From: Lama guanicoe
Lineage: Eukaryota
NCBI GenBank assembly: GCA_013239625.1
Contig: MU054001.1
Coordinates: 3,416,151 to 3,480,150 of the forward strand
DNA length: 64,000 nt
Reading direction: 5' to 3'
A model generated the notes under the pieces. It was not told the DNA's origin, did not search any database, and worked only from the letters and a program-made list of their open reading frames with translations. Of this stretch, positions 11,700 to 24,063 are shown one piece after another. Made by a program: the position numbers and the translations under genes. Position 1 is the stretch's first letter; the number at the start of each line of letters is the position of its first letter.

Positions 11700-13400
11700 A
11701 TAAATGCAAAAGAAAGTTTGAGAGGGGGAAAAAAAACGCAACGAAAATTATTATTATTACTTAAAGAGCCAGAGAAAGATAGCGAGGTCCTTCTAAAGTT
11801 ACAACACCATCTTTAGCAGCTGCAGGGTTCATTAAAGCGAGGGGCCGGGGGAGGGAAGATAGGGCATATTTCAAAGCTGACGGCTGCAGTAACAAAACGC
11901 GAGGGGGGTGTTGTGTGGAATACGCCAAGTGTTTGAAGTGGACAAGATTTCTAGCATGTTGCCTTGATGCCTGTACATACTTAATAACAGATGTTTGGTC
12001 TCTCTAGGAAGATAATTGTCCTGCTGGAAGGTTGACTTGACCTGCCTGAGCCGTCCGGCTTCGAACGTGGCTGCAGGAACAAACGAGCCCAGCTTCTCCC
12101 TTTTTTACTGGGGGAATGCTCAGCCACGTTTCCTTTTAAGCACATAATTACTCGGCGGCAACTGAAACCCATCCATTCCCCTCTCCTAATGGCCACGGAG
12201 CCATTCTGCCATAATTTATGGGGACAGGGTTCAAAGTTTTAATAATATTTGGATAATATCATTGCCCACACGTCGGTGGCGTCGTGATGAATAGAAGGAG
12301 AGTGGGCTTATTTCGATTCCATGCATGACAGCTCGCGCCTTAACGACTGGGTGCCCGGCATGGCCTTTATGGAAACTGCCACCAGGCCATCAGCTCATGA
12401 ATTATAGATCTGGGCGTGAAGGATTATAAACAGCAGTGGGATCACACGGGGACGCTTGTTCATGAGAAACTGTCCTGTTAGCGCCTCTTCCTTATGCAGA
12501 TAAATGAATTGCGGGGAATACCAAAACGGCGTAAGTAAACCCTTAGCGTATAACATATTAGCACGTCTACATAAAAAACCCAGCGCCAGGCCCTGCTTGG
12601 GGATATTTATGTTTATACTCTCTGCTCAAGTGGCTCCCTGGTTTTTTGGCTGCTTCCTGCTCACCTCATAATTCCCACATCCTAACGGCACCTCTGGGCA
12701 TGTTCCTCAGATGCTCTGCGGAGCCTGTTGGCAGTTTGCTCAAAGAGTCCTTTGGGGCAGGCAGATGGGTAAAGGATGCTCAGCCGATTCAAGACAGGCT
12801 TTGTTCGAATTGCCTCGGTGGAGGCGTGGAGTCCCCTCAAAACACGTGTGCGCTACATCCAGGCAAATGCTAACGGAAGAGGAGGCATCTATGCCCCGAG
12901 AAGCAGAAAGGAGGGACGGGGTCCCAGCCAGAAGCCTTAGAGATGATCTAGCTCAACCCACACAGCAGCCAAAGAGCAGGTGGCAAAAGTAAGACTGAGA
13001 AGAGAAGGAATTCCCCCGAAATTATACAACTTTGTTGCCGAGTCCGGATTCCCGATTCCAGAGTGTTGCTCCAGGCTGCCTTATCTGGCCTGAGTTTTCT
13101 CTCCCCCAAATGTAAACATTCAACACCAGCCCTAAATGATAGTGTTAAGACTAAAATTGCATTTGCCAGCTTCCTCCTGTTCCTCCGGACTGACTCAGCC
13201 TCAGCTTTGACAAGGTTCGTGTGCCGTGAGCGAACGGTGAACTTACACACTCGAGATCCATTTAATCTGAAGGATTTATTTGGAACGAACAGCAATTATA
13301 GCTGCACCTCAGAATGACTAGGAAATGGCACATTTAAATCTCTTTAAATAGCTTACTGGCACTCTAAATAGCTCTCTCCGGCGCCCAGGTTCTGATCTTG
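11700..13400. promoter_or_regulatory. Candidate conserved non-coding element/enhancer
   Basis: About 1.7 kb with no recognisable repeat; many retained CpGs; TTTATGG, TAATTA and TGACAG motifs. Confidence 0.5.
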
Positions 13401-13604
13401 ACCTGTCACTTGCCTGGACCTTGTCGCAAGAGACCAGGAGCAGATGTAAGCAAGTTTTCAAAGATTGCAGTTTTTCTTTCTCTAGCGTGAGGCCTGTATA
13501 TGATGCTTTCTGCTTTCCAAAGCATCTAAAGACAAGTTATCTTTTTTTTTTATAGTGCTAGGAGAAAGGAGACAGCAGAAAGGCAATAACATTTATCAAG
13601 GCTC

Positions 13605-13990
13605 AGAATTTTATTTTAATTATTATACCAAAAATTAACTGTGGGGAGATTCACAGTCTTACAAATTTTAACACATATACAGAGTCCTGTAGCCACCAAC
13701 ACAATCAGGATACAGAATGGGGTTATCACCCCCCCCCACAATCTCCCTCTTGATGGCCTTTCATAAAAATCAAATCTTCTCCCAACCCCAACCCTTAATC
13801 CCCATCAACCACTGAGCTGCCCCCCATCACTATTTTTCTGTCTTGTGAGAACATCCTATAAATGGGATGATACATTACATCACCTTGGGAAACTGGTTTC
13901 TTTCATGGAGCATAATGACTTTGAGCTCCATCCATGTAATTGTCTGCATCTAGTATAATTTTTTTTTTAGCTGAGTCATATTCAATTGCA
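13605..13990 (-). mobile_element. L1MC-like 3' fragment
   Basis: ccaccaacacaatcaggatacagaat...tataaatgggatgatacatta...tttctttcatggagcataatg. Confidence 0.75.
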
Positions 13991-14099
13991 AAGACTCAAC
14001 ATAGAGTCAAGGTATACCAGGTACTTTATGGGATGACAAACTACCATAAAAGTAGATGTGGATTCCAAGTGTCAACTTACCCAGTTGTCACCCAGCAGC

Positions 14100-14310
14100 T
14101 ATGACACTCTGAGTATATTTATTCTATTAACTCATTTACTCTCTCCACAAACCAGTGGGGCAGCTACTAGCCTGATGTCCATTATGCAGACAAGAAAATC
14201 AAGCAATAGAGAGGTGACTTGGCAGGCCCAAGATCATGCAGTCGGTAAGTACAAGAAATCATGGTAAAGTTTGAACCGGGTCCGGCCTTGTGCTTCATAA
14301 TGGGAGCTCT
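14100..14310 (-). mobile_element. MIR SINE
   Basis: ccattatgcagacaagaaaatcaagcaatagagaggtgacttggcaggcccaagatca. Confidence 0.65.
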
Positions 14311-14789
14311 GAAGTGTAACTGTTTCCGGCAGTGAGATGAGAAATTTAAGCCTCCCTGGAGGTGGAAAGAGCTGATAGCATTCCCTTCCAGAAGCAGGCC
14401 ATGCTGGAGGCTGGGGACAACTGATGTGACCAGAAGACAAGCAAAATGAGCCAGGGGTTCCCTCTAAACCCTGTCACTAAGGCTAGCTCACAGAGTTTGC
14501 CCCCACCCACACACATCGCAGGGGAAAAACCATACCTGGCATGAATACAGTGGCAATAAAAAGGAAACATCTCAACCACTATCCATCTCGCCTGGTCTCA
14601 GGGATTGAAAAGGAGACCAGACTTGAGAGTTTGGAATTGATTCCCATGCATCCTGGGGCTGCTGACCTCAGGTCCCCAGAAGGGCAACCATCAACCATCT
14701 ACATCTTTCCCAGCCTGAGATACTGCTGCTGCCTTTAGGCCCACAACTGGCCATAAAAGTAGATATGGATTCCAAGGGTCAACTCATCC

Positions 14790-14900
14790 AGTTTTGTACA
14801 GATGGGGAAACTGAGGCCCAGGAAGAGAATGAGCTTGTCCAAAGCCACACAGCCAATCAGTAGCAGATCCAGGCCTATAGCCTAGACCCCTTCTTCCACT
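14790..14900 (-). mobile_element. MIR core
   Basis: tacagatggggaaactgaggcccagga...cttgtccaaagccacacagc. Confidence 0.75.
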
Positions 14901-14914
14901 GATTTCCTCATCCA

Positions 14915-15060
14915 AGCATGCATTCAACAAATACTGTACTTACCACATGCCTAACATTTTTCTAGATACTGAAGACGAATGATGAATAAGACACAGCACC
15001 TGCCTTCACGACGTTATAGTTTGGGCGGGAAGAAAGACATTAAACTAATGATCACAAAGA
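14915..15060 (-). mobile_element. L2 3' end
   Basis: cattcaacaaatact...gatgaataagacacagcacctgccttca. Confidence 0.7.
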
Positions 15061-15385
15061 AATAGATCACTTAAAACCATAATAATAAAGGCTATCAAAG
15101 TGTCTCAAGACTCTCAGGCAATACATTTTCCAATAAACCTGCTGCTTCCATTTCTTAAAAGGAGAAGGGTAAAGATTCCTGCAGGGGTAGAGGCCTCCAG
15201 GGGCCCTCTGAATAAGGTCACGCAAAAGTATAGTTCTGGACTTCCATGGCTTTTTATCATAGATGTCCAATGCTGGCTCCCCAGAAATCACTAACAACAT
15301 GTCGATAAGGCAAAGCTGGTGCCAGGGAAAGCAGCCCCTTAATAGAGCTTGGGTAGCATCTTAAAGAGGGAAAGGCATCCTTCAT

Positions 15386-15720
15386 CAGTGGAATCTCAAA
15401 AAGTGACCCAAGAGAACTTACTTGCAGAACAGAAACAGACTGACAGACATAGAAAACAAACTTATGGTTACCAAAGGGGAAAGGTGGGTAGTGAGTTGGG
15501 AGTTTGGGATTTGCACGTACACACTACTATATACAAAGTAGATAAACAGCAAGCTCCTGCCGTGTAGCACAGGGGACTGTACTCAGTATTCTGCAATAAA
15601 CCATAATGGAAATGAATATGAAAAAGAATATGCATATATGTATATAAAACTGAATCACTTTGCTGTACACCAAAGACTAACATAACATTGTAAATCAACT
15701 ATGCTTCAATAAAGCAAAAA
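15386..15720 (+). mobile_element. L1 3' end, cetartiodactyl type
   Basis: cagaaacagactgacagacatagaaaacaaacttatggttaccaaagggga...aatcaactatgcttcaataaa; same family as 7177-7722. Confidence 0.9.
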
Positions 15721-16514
15721 GAGAGGGAAAGAAAAGGACATTTTTGCTGAGATCCTGAACTTTGGTTTCAGGAGTGCTTTCAAAGTGGTCAGAGGGCGAG
15801 CTGGTTAGAATTGGGGTAAGATCATGTTAAAATAGTTGAGGATGGAAACTGCAAGGGGATGATCTTGAGGGGAGGGTTTCAAAGGGTCTTGGGGGATCAA
15901 ATGTTGTTGGAAGCTTTCTGTGGAAGAGCTCATGGGCTGTTCCTGTAGTGATGAGTAAAGTTCATCAACTGGACAGGAGTATTCGTGGCATGGTAAAGTG
16001 ATGCTAATGAAGACGACAGAGCAGCGAAGCCACGTCACTGTTAGACACGAAGCTACGCGGAGTAGATGGCTTTGGTTCTCATACAGTAATACCTGTTCAT
16101 TATAAACCAGCCAATAGGGGCAATGATGATTATGATAATGATGCTATCCAGCACTCTGTGCCCAGCAGTGGGTGTTAGGAAGGGGTGGGGAGATCAACTT
16201 ACAGATGCTGATGCAAGCTGAGACGGGGAGGGGGGGGGGACATCCTCAGCCGAGTTCCCCAGCTTGAAGCAAGAGAACCACGATTCAAATGTAAGTCTGT
16301 CTGCCTCTGACCATGTTCTGTTGTCATGTAGTCAAAAGCCAGGAAGATAAACATTGCCTGTGATCCCATCACTGATAACTAGTCCCCAACCTTGCAGGGC
16401 TCATCCTTTCCATTTTTTTTTTCTGTGCATATATAAACATATATAATTTTAGTCACAGTTCAATTATTTTTACTCCACTGTCCCTAGCTCTTTGCTTGAG
16501 CACATTTTTCTTTT

Positions 16515-17070
16515 TTGCTGGCACAGATCCATGGCTGCTTTTTCTGGAAAAAGAAACATTGTGAAGTTCCTTAGGAAACTGCTCTTCCCTCTTCCACTCT
16601 CAGCCACACCATTCAAGGGGGGTGGGTTCAGCATCCCCCCACTTCCTGTTTCAGTTACCCAGGTCTGGCCAACTGACTTGCATTTGAATCAAAATGATTG
16701 ATTCTGGGAGAGTCAATCATGCTACGAAAACTGGGCCCAGGAAATTCTTCCTGGGACTTTTTCTGAGACCCCTGGGGAGAAATTGTCCACTTTTCTCCAG
16801 AATTTTAGGCATGAAGATTCAATAAGCTTTAAGTTGCCAGGGACCACCTTTGCCATTAACCAGGGAAAGTCTGCCTGAAAACAAAGCCCAGAAAGAAGAA
16901 AGCAAGGCCAACATACAGTATTCTGATAAGTTGCCTGAGATTCTGGATCCAGCTATGCCTGAAGCTTCTTGATCTCTTTTGAACAAGGCAGGCATAGAAG
17001 CCAATAAATTCTGTTCATAGCTTAAGCTAGTATAAGTCAGATTTTAGCCCATAAACCTAAAAATTGACAG
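16515..17070 (+). mobile_element. Old MaLR/ERVL LTR relic
   Basis: ctggatccagctatgcctgaagc...gccaataaattctgttcatagcttaagctag resembles the MLT1 3' end. Confidence 0.55.
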
Positions 17071-17687
17071 GCTTTTCCCAGTTGTTCAAAATCCTTGGAT
17101 CTCATACCTAAGTCTGGACACTTGAGATACAACCTTGGAATAATTCACAATTCCATGGTAACTACCCACAGTGAATCGCTTTAGCAGCAGTTTATACAGT
17201 TCAAACCTTTCTATTTAGTGTCAGCTGTTCATTCTGATTTGAATATTCTTTCCCCCAAGACTAACCAAAGGATTTGGCCTCAGACTGGAAGGTTCAAATT
17301 AAGGATCTTTTCTGTGAAGTCTGCCACCCTATCCCCACCACTATCAATACCAACATCATCACCACTTTTACCACCACCATTGCCTCCACCACCACCTGCA
17401 CTGGGTGGATCACAGCGCCTTTGTGTCATTTCAGAAGGGCTTTCACAGCACTGCTGGGGGTTAGCAAGGTTTTTTTTGTGCAAGTTATTTGTGTCCTCAC
17501 TGGATAAGGAGCCCCGTGAGGGCAGAGACCCTCTGATTTAACACTGAGCCCCCAGCGGCTTGCACATGGCCTTGCCCAGAGCAAAAGCTCAGACAGGACA
17601 GAGAGTGATGAAACATGAAATTCTGATGAAACCCAGAGCCAGTGGAGGAAGCTGAGGCAAGGTTTTTGATTCACCCCAAAGCCCCAT

Positions 17688-17725
17688 CATGATGAGAAGG
17701 ATGATGATGATGATGATGATGATGA
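17688..17725. repeat. (ATG)n microsatellite
   Basis: atgatgatgatgatgatgatgatg seen directly. Confidence 0.95.
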
Positions 17726-17944
17726 AATGTAGCACTTTCTGCCAGTCACTGTGCATGGGACTGAAGGGGAGGTCTGGGCAGACTGAGAACTTCTTGGAGG
17801 CTTGTCCTAGCTTGGATTCAATCAATGCTCGGACCCCTGAGTCTTGCCAAACAGGAACCAGAAGTCAGCCAATATTTATGAAAAGAAATCATCCTTCTTT
17901 TCACTTACTTACTTTTTAACCTTCGAATTAATCCCTTAGTGTAG

Positions 17945-18132
17945 TAGTTCTCAGATTTTAGGGGTGCATCAGAAGTCCCCCAGAGGGCTGGTTAAAGCAC
18001 AGATTGCTGAACCCTTACCCAGAGCTTCACACTCAGCAGGTGGATGCGGGGCTGATGACTGACATTTTTAACAAGTTCCCTGGTGATGCAGACCCTCCTG
18101 GTCTTTTTTAAGAACATTTTTAAGAACTGCTG
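17945..18132. mobile_element. MER5A (hAT-Charlie) MITE
   Basis: agtagttctca...gcatcagaagtccccc...tttttaacaagttccctggtgatgc...taagaactgctg. Confidence 0.8.
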
Positions 18133-18329
18133 CCCCAGTGGAAGGAGAGTGAGAAGCCCCTGGGAGTGTGAATTGGGAAGCTGAGGAAGGACCAGCCCAT
18201 TTTCCTGAGTCCCACGTGCACCGTCAGGGCAAAGGTCAGAGGCCTCATCAAAGAGTCCAGCAGAGAACCTGCGGCTGGAGCAGAGGCGGATTCTACCTGG
18301 GGAAAGGGGTGAGGGGCCTCCCGTTTAGC

Positions 18330-18830
18330 CAACAAGTAGAAGGGGTGGAGTCTGCAACCGGACCTGCTTTTTTGAGTAAACACGTTACAGGGCGGCCTGT
18401 GTAAACACGCATTGTCTGCTGGCAGATTAAGAACAAGCAGAGCTGGGTTTTTTTTTTTTCTTTCCTCCTTTTTTTTCCTTTTTTTTTTTTTAAAAAGCAC
18501 TGAGAAAAGCCATTAAGGGATTAACACCCCGATTTATGAAAATGGAGGATGATAAAGGAACAATGGGGTGACAGCATTGTGTAAACGACATTGATTCATT
18601 TCAGAGACAGGACTGTTAACTGGGAGAAATGGAGAAATAAATGGGACAATGAGGAGATGCTTTTACCAGCTTGTCATTAATTAGCCGAGAATACAATTGT
18701 TTTATTGTCCTTTTTGAAAAAATACAAAATTGGTAGGAAAATACAAGCACTGAGCGAAGCGGTTATTCCATGTCACGGGCTGACATCTGCTTTTCCTTTT
18801 CTCTTAAAGCTCGTCTCCGGAAGTGGTTTT
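18330..18830. promoter_or_regulatory. Candidate enhancer (FOX/SOX/homeobox motif cluster)
   Basis: GTAAACA x2, ACAATG/CATTGT x4, TAATTA and TGACAG in unique sequence. Confidence 0.45.
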
Positions 18831-19669
18831 TTTAGGGAGGAAAAGAGACTCCCCTCGCCCTCCCCACGAAAGGTTCTTGTGGGGTTTGGGATTGAAATGA
18901 CCCCCTCAAGTACACCTCAAATTTCCCAGCAGCCGAGGGCAACCTCTCAGCTAGAAAGGCCCCTTGGTCCTTCCCCTGGAGGGAGTAAGGGGTAGGAAGT
19001 GGGAGGTGAGCCGGCTGCGGCGGGGCGGGGGCTGCAGGGGATGGCAGGAAGGATGGCATGGACGTGGGGCCCTGGAAACTCACAGGGTGGACCCATAGTG
19101 TGTCTATGTGGACTCCTGATGGGATGAGCCGGGCCTGTGCTGGCTGGATGGTCCTCCCGGGGCTGGCCTGTGGCAGAGCTGCAGCAGCCCAGAGGAGCAG
19201 GGCTGCGTGGTCTGAGTCTCGGCCACCTCTCTCTTTCTAAGCGCCATTTGTGAGTCTGAGCATTCCATGTTTAGATTTTAATCTGTCAGATATAGAAAAG
19301 TTGGCCAACTGTGGCTATTTCTAGAAAGAGTCCAACAATCACACAAGGGTTAATAGCACTTATTTAAAAAAAAAAAAAAGAAAGAAAGAAAGAAAGAAAG
19401 GAGCTCCCAGAAACAGCGTGCCTGGCAAAGAAACTGTAAACAGCTTTCCCATTGTTCTTGCCTCTGTGACTACTGGTCATTGTTTGCCCTTTAATCTGCA
19501 AACACTATGGATATAAATATAGCTATCTTAATAGCATTGTATCTTTACAGGCAAAGATAAAACAATGGATCTTTACATCTCTAAGTCTTATATTTCTATA
19601 AAGATATCTTTATGCAGGAAGATTATCTGTGTATGTCTTGCATATAAATGGCAAGCGATCATAGATGTT

Positions 19670-20195
19670 TATGCATACACACCACACTCTGTCTCCCGTG
19701 TACCAGGCACTGCTCTAGTGCTGGGCATATGGCACAAACAGGAACTCTCCCCCACTCCCATCCCTTATAGAATTTACATGGCTGGCTCTGTAATAAAAAT
19801 AGGTCACATAATATTTACTGCCCTGGAGAAAAATGAAGCAAGTCTGAGAGTAGGGAGCTGCAGAGAGGTGTTATGTTATATGAAGTGGGCAAAGGGAGGT
19901 CTCATGGATAAGATGCCAATTGAGCAAACTCCTGAGCTTGCAGCCTTGCCAGGGGAGGGTGTTTCAGGCAGAGGGCAAAGCAAGTGCAAAGGCCGGGAGG
20001 AGGGAGTGTACTTAGCAGGTTTGAAGCACAGAGAGAACTAAGTTAGATGAGTGAGAAAAAGGGAAACAAAGTCCAGGACAAGGTCCTTTGAAGGGCATTA
20101 GCGTTCTCTTAGAGGGAGATGAGGGCCATTGAAGGGCTCTGAGCGGAGGAGTGATACGATTTAATGTTTGAGTTAATGGGACCACTCTGGTTTCA
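19670..20195 (-). mobile_element. L2 LINE fragment
   Basis: ccaggcactgctctagtgctggg...caggcagagggcaaagcaagtgcaaaggcc...gccattgaagggctctgagcggaggagtga. Confidence 0.8.
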
Positions 20196-21439
20196 ATGGA
20201 CAGAACAGACCAAAGATTGTGTGCATGTTTAAGATGCTCACCTAGACCACACATTTCAGGCACCTCCTGGGGCCAAACAGGTGATGAAGGGAATGAACAA
20301 TAGAAAATGGTAGGGAGTGTGGCAAACAGGAGCCTGCCTGCTGATGGAAAGGGACAACTCCTACTCAGCATCTGCTGCTTGTTGAACTTGAAAGATTTGA
20401 ATATACAGTAGCCATCTCTTGTCATCTGAAAGTCAGGCTCCATGTTCAAGTGAACTTCCCTGATTCTAAACTTTTCACAACTAAACAATGCAAACTTGAG
20501 GCCCAACAAACCACTAGTTTATACTCTTTCCTGAATCTCTTATCAGGCAAGGAGAACTCATACAACAGATCTTCTTACCTTTTACTATCTGGCTGCCAGG
20601 AAGCTCAAGGATAAGTTCAGTTTTAAGGCATTGTAACTGTATTGCATAAAATTCTTGGCAAAATCATCTCCTTCCTTCTTCCAGTTCTCATAGATTAATA
20701 TGATTTTTAAACATGCAGTTAAAGACCATGTGTGCTTTTTATAATAAGCAACCTCAAATTATGTTATGTGAGGGATAAATTCTGACTAAACTAGGCTCTA
20801 AGAGAATAGCTACTGTGATGACACTCTTTTATAACCAGGAGGGGTGCTCAGAAAAAAAAAAAGGATTGTGATAACTTCCCTTATTAAATGTTCACCTGAT
20901 GCTTGTGAAGCTCATGCTGTCATGTCTGCAGATTTCCCCAGGAACAGAGCTGGCTGTCACTTCTCTGCATCCCCCGCCCTTATAGATCTGCTATAGCCAA
21001 TCCTCCCCTTTCTGACTCCTCCTGTTCTGCCCAGTGATTTGACTTGAAATGAGCCCTGTCTTGAACATTAACACTTCCACGGCCAGCTCAGCCTCCCTAG
21101 AAAGACACCTCTGGCTCATGCCAATTGCAACGCACGCAAACTCTTTAGACCAGGGATCCCACCTGCCAATTCTGGTCAGATGGAAGCGACTGCTGAAAAC
21201 ACTCATGTTAAGAAGGAATCTGAAGCCATGCTTAGGAGAAGGAGGCAAATGCAGGCTGCCTGATGAGGGATGTCTGCCACCATTAACAAGTAGGCCTTTT
21301 TCTGTGGTGTGAGGAGGGACAGGACAGAAATTCTCCCTTCTAACAGAATCACCTACAGGTGATACCAGAGGCCACAACCCTGCTTTGTTTGGCTGTCAGT
21401 CACCAGCCTCTAACGCTAAGAGTGCTGCTTGAAGCTCTG

Positions 21440-21610
21440 TCTTCTACAGGTTCATCGCTTTTGTCAAATTCCTTAACCTCTCTGAGTTTCAGTTTCCTCC
21501 TTTGTAAAATGGGGCTAGTCCTTGTGCCCTATTTCTCTATAAAGACCTTTAACTCAGTTGTTAAGTCTAAACAGGCCATCAGTACTATCTATTGTTGCCT
21601 TTATTAGCAT
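21440..21610 (+). mobile_element. MIR SINE
   Basis: cttaacctctctgagtttcagtttcctcctttgtaaaatgggg. Confidence 0.75.
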
Positions 21611-22489
21611 TATTTTTCCCAGGGTCACTCTTGGGTCCACCGTTGCCCAGGTCTCACCACCTTCCCCCATCATGCCCTACTGTTTCCCCTGCGCTCCCGT
21701 ATTGCCCGTCCCCCTGCTGGAGTAGGTCATCAGCTTTCATGGTCTCGGGTTGCTGCCAAGGCTCAGCTCCACCTCAGCGTCTTGCTCCCTACCTCAATTC
21801 TGCTGTTCTGGTGTCTCCCAGCAGCTGACTCTGTCCCAGGACCAAAGATCCGATTGACTCACTGGACCCTGCACCCTGTGGGTGGAAAGGCCAGACAGAG
21901 CCCCTGGTGTCATCCACAGCACAGCCTGAGAGTCCTCATCAGATAGTTTCCAAGAGGCTGATGGACAGGTGGTTGAGGTATCAGCCCACGGCTTTGACTG
22001 TGTCCTGCACTAGACCACGAAGAACCTGGAGGAACGGACCTACCACGGTCTTCAGGTGGCCCCAGCCCTGGCACCGGGGGACATTCCAGTATTGATTCTT
22101 CCCCAAAAGGGTGAGATAGCATGGCTGGGCCCCTTGGACTCTGCAGACCTAAGCTTTTAAGTCAGTGGAAAGTGGTAAGATTGCTATTTCACTGAGTTCC
22201 TGCAAAAGCATATGATTTACTTATGGAAAAAAGGGAAAATCAGGGAATTCCTGTGATTAGTCCTCTTTAAAGCTGTTTCCTAAACTCTCTTGTTAGTCAG
22301 CCACTGACTGAACTGTATTAATCAGCACCCTTCCTCAATTGACAGTAGCCCCACTTACTCTGCCTTTGGCCCCAATCAATACAATGATCACAGTAAGGGA
22401 TTGGCTGGCTTGTGAAACTGAGAGGTAGTGGGAGGGTCGGAAATCCTGGCTCCGCTGGTGTCTCTGCCTTTTGATTTGAGAAGTAGCTC

Positions 22490-22680
22490 ATCCTGGACTC
22501 AGGAGCCGGATGCCCTGGGCTCAGAGGCTGGCTCTGCCACGTTGGAGCTGCAGGACCATGGGTGAGTCACTCAGCTCTCTGGCCTGGGTGTCCCCATCTG
22601 TTGACATCTGGTGGTACCTACTTACAGAACTGCTGTGAGAGTTATGATAACCCCTGGCACATAGCAAGAACTATAGCACT
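22490..22680 (+). mobile_element. MIR SINE
   Basis: ggactcaggagccggatgccctggg...ggctctgccac...gtacctacttacagaactgctgtgag. Confidence 0.75.
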
Positions 22681-22799
22681 GTTCCCTGTTACGGTTATGA
22701 CTTTTCTGGGGGAAAATTTTGGATACTTATTCTTTTTGGTTGCCCTGACCATTAAATTCCTTCTTATTTGAGGGTAATTTGCCACTTTTTGATTCTTGG

Positions 22800-23279
22800 A
22801 AGGAACAGAGTCCGCCCCTCAGCAAAGGATAAAAATGATAATTTCCACTCTCTCAGGATCCTTTGCAGCTGGGGAGGAGGCATGTTACCTGTGTTCCATT
22901 AATCAGAAATGTCCACCCAGGTTATCAATTGGGTCCCTGTAATATAAAAAGTTTGGGACTGGGAAGCTTTCTTAGGTCAGTGGTGGCCATTGCAGCAAAA
23001 TGAAGTCCTGGGGGCAGCTGTGGTAGGGGGCGGGCGTTGGGGGGAGGGGCTAGCGAGACAACGGGCAGCGGGGCCTCTAGCACATGGGGCGGGGGCACTA
23101 GTGCCCTCACCAGACCTTCCTATGAGATGATCGGGGTATCTGCCTGGTTGCATGGCTGCTGAGCCGGGCTCTCCGGCTCTCTTAGCGATGCCGTGAGCCA
23201 CCCACATCCTTGAATGAATTTCCTTCCTGCTGAAGTCAACCACAGTCTGTGTCTGTTACTAAGAATCCTTCCTGATACA
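22800..23279 (+). mobile_element. ERVL LTR relic (LTR33/LTR16-like)
   Basis: 3' end gtgagccacccacatcc...aatttccttcctgctgaagtcaacc...ctaagaatccttcctgataca. Confidence 0.55.
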
Positions 23280-23899
23280 ATAGCATGGAGCAGAAACATT
23301 TCTCCAAGCTCTGGAAGGATTTCAGCTTGAACTCTTAAATTAGGAACCTCATAAAAATGCTTCTTCCCATGAGTGAGCCAGAGTGGCGAGCCTAGGTGTT
23401 AGGACTTTGCAGTTGGCCTTGATGGAAGCCCCCAGCTTGCCAGGGTGCCAACAGATCGTATGAGGTCAAGACTGTCACCAAGAGCCCGAGAATGTCTGTT
23501 TCACCCACTACTCACCACCCCAGGGTGCTGCCTGGAGAGGAAGTGGTGGAAAAGCGAGGGAAGTAGAGAAGGTCACGGAGCTGCACTTGAGTCAAACCCA
23601 AGGATCCGTGAGGACACAGAAAAACCTGACAAGTCCAGCTCTGTCCAGAGAAAGCCCGCCAGAGATCAGTTTCAAAAAACCAAAGCCAGTTTCAGGAGGT
23701 TTTAAAGTATTGTTGGTAAATAAAAATCAAGCAGCTTGTTAAGTTTGGTAAAAGCTCTCTCCCACTGTTAGTTACTCGTGGAGTCCTGGGCACAGCCTGG
23801 GACCACACGTGCCATGGTCACTTTGACATCCTTCCCTTTGAGACAGCAAAACTACTGTGAGGGACTCACCCTGGTAAAGCTTGGGGGAACTGGGTTTAT

Positions 23900-24063
23900 T
23901 TATTAGCCACAGGGCCAAGGGCATCATCCCCTGGAGGGCTTGTTAAAATGTAGATTGCATGGCACCCCTCTCAGAGTGGCTAAATCAAAAGATCTGGGGA
24001 GAGGCCTGAGAACTGGCATTCTAGCAAATTCCCAAGGGACGCTCAGACTTTGAGAACCACTGG
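23900..24063. mobile_element. MER5A MITE
   Basis: cctggagggcttgttaaaatgtagattg...ctggcattctagcaaattccc...actttgagaaccactg. Confidence 0.8.

Noticed and set aside
17330..17400. Pro/Thr-rich ORFs 17218-17541 and 17274-17507
   Set aside because: Produced by a degenerate (ACC)n simple repeat
19565..20509. 158-aa and 165-aa ORFs
   Set aside because: They run through L2 and DNA-transposon relics; no protein family resemblance
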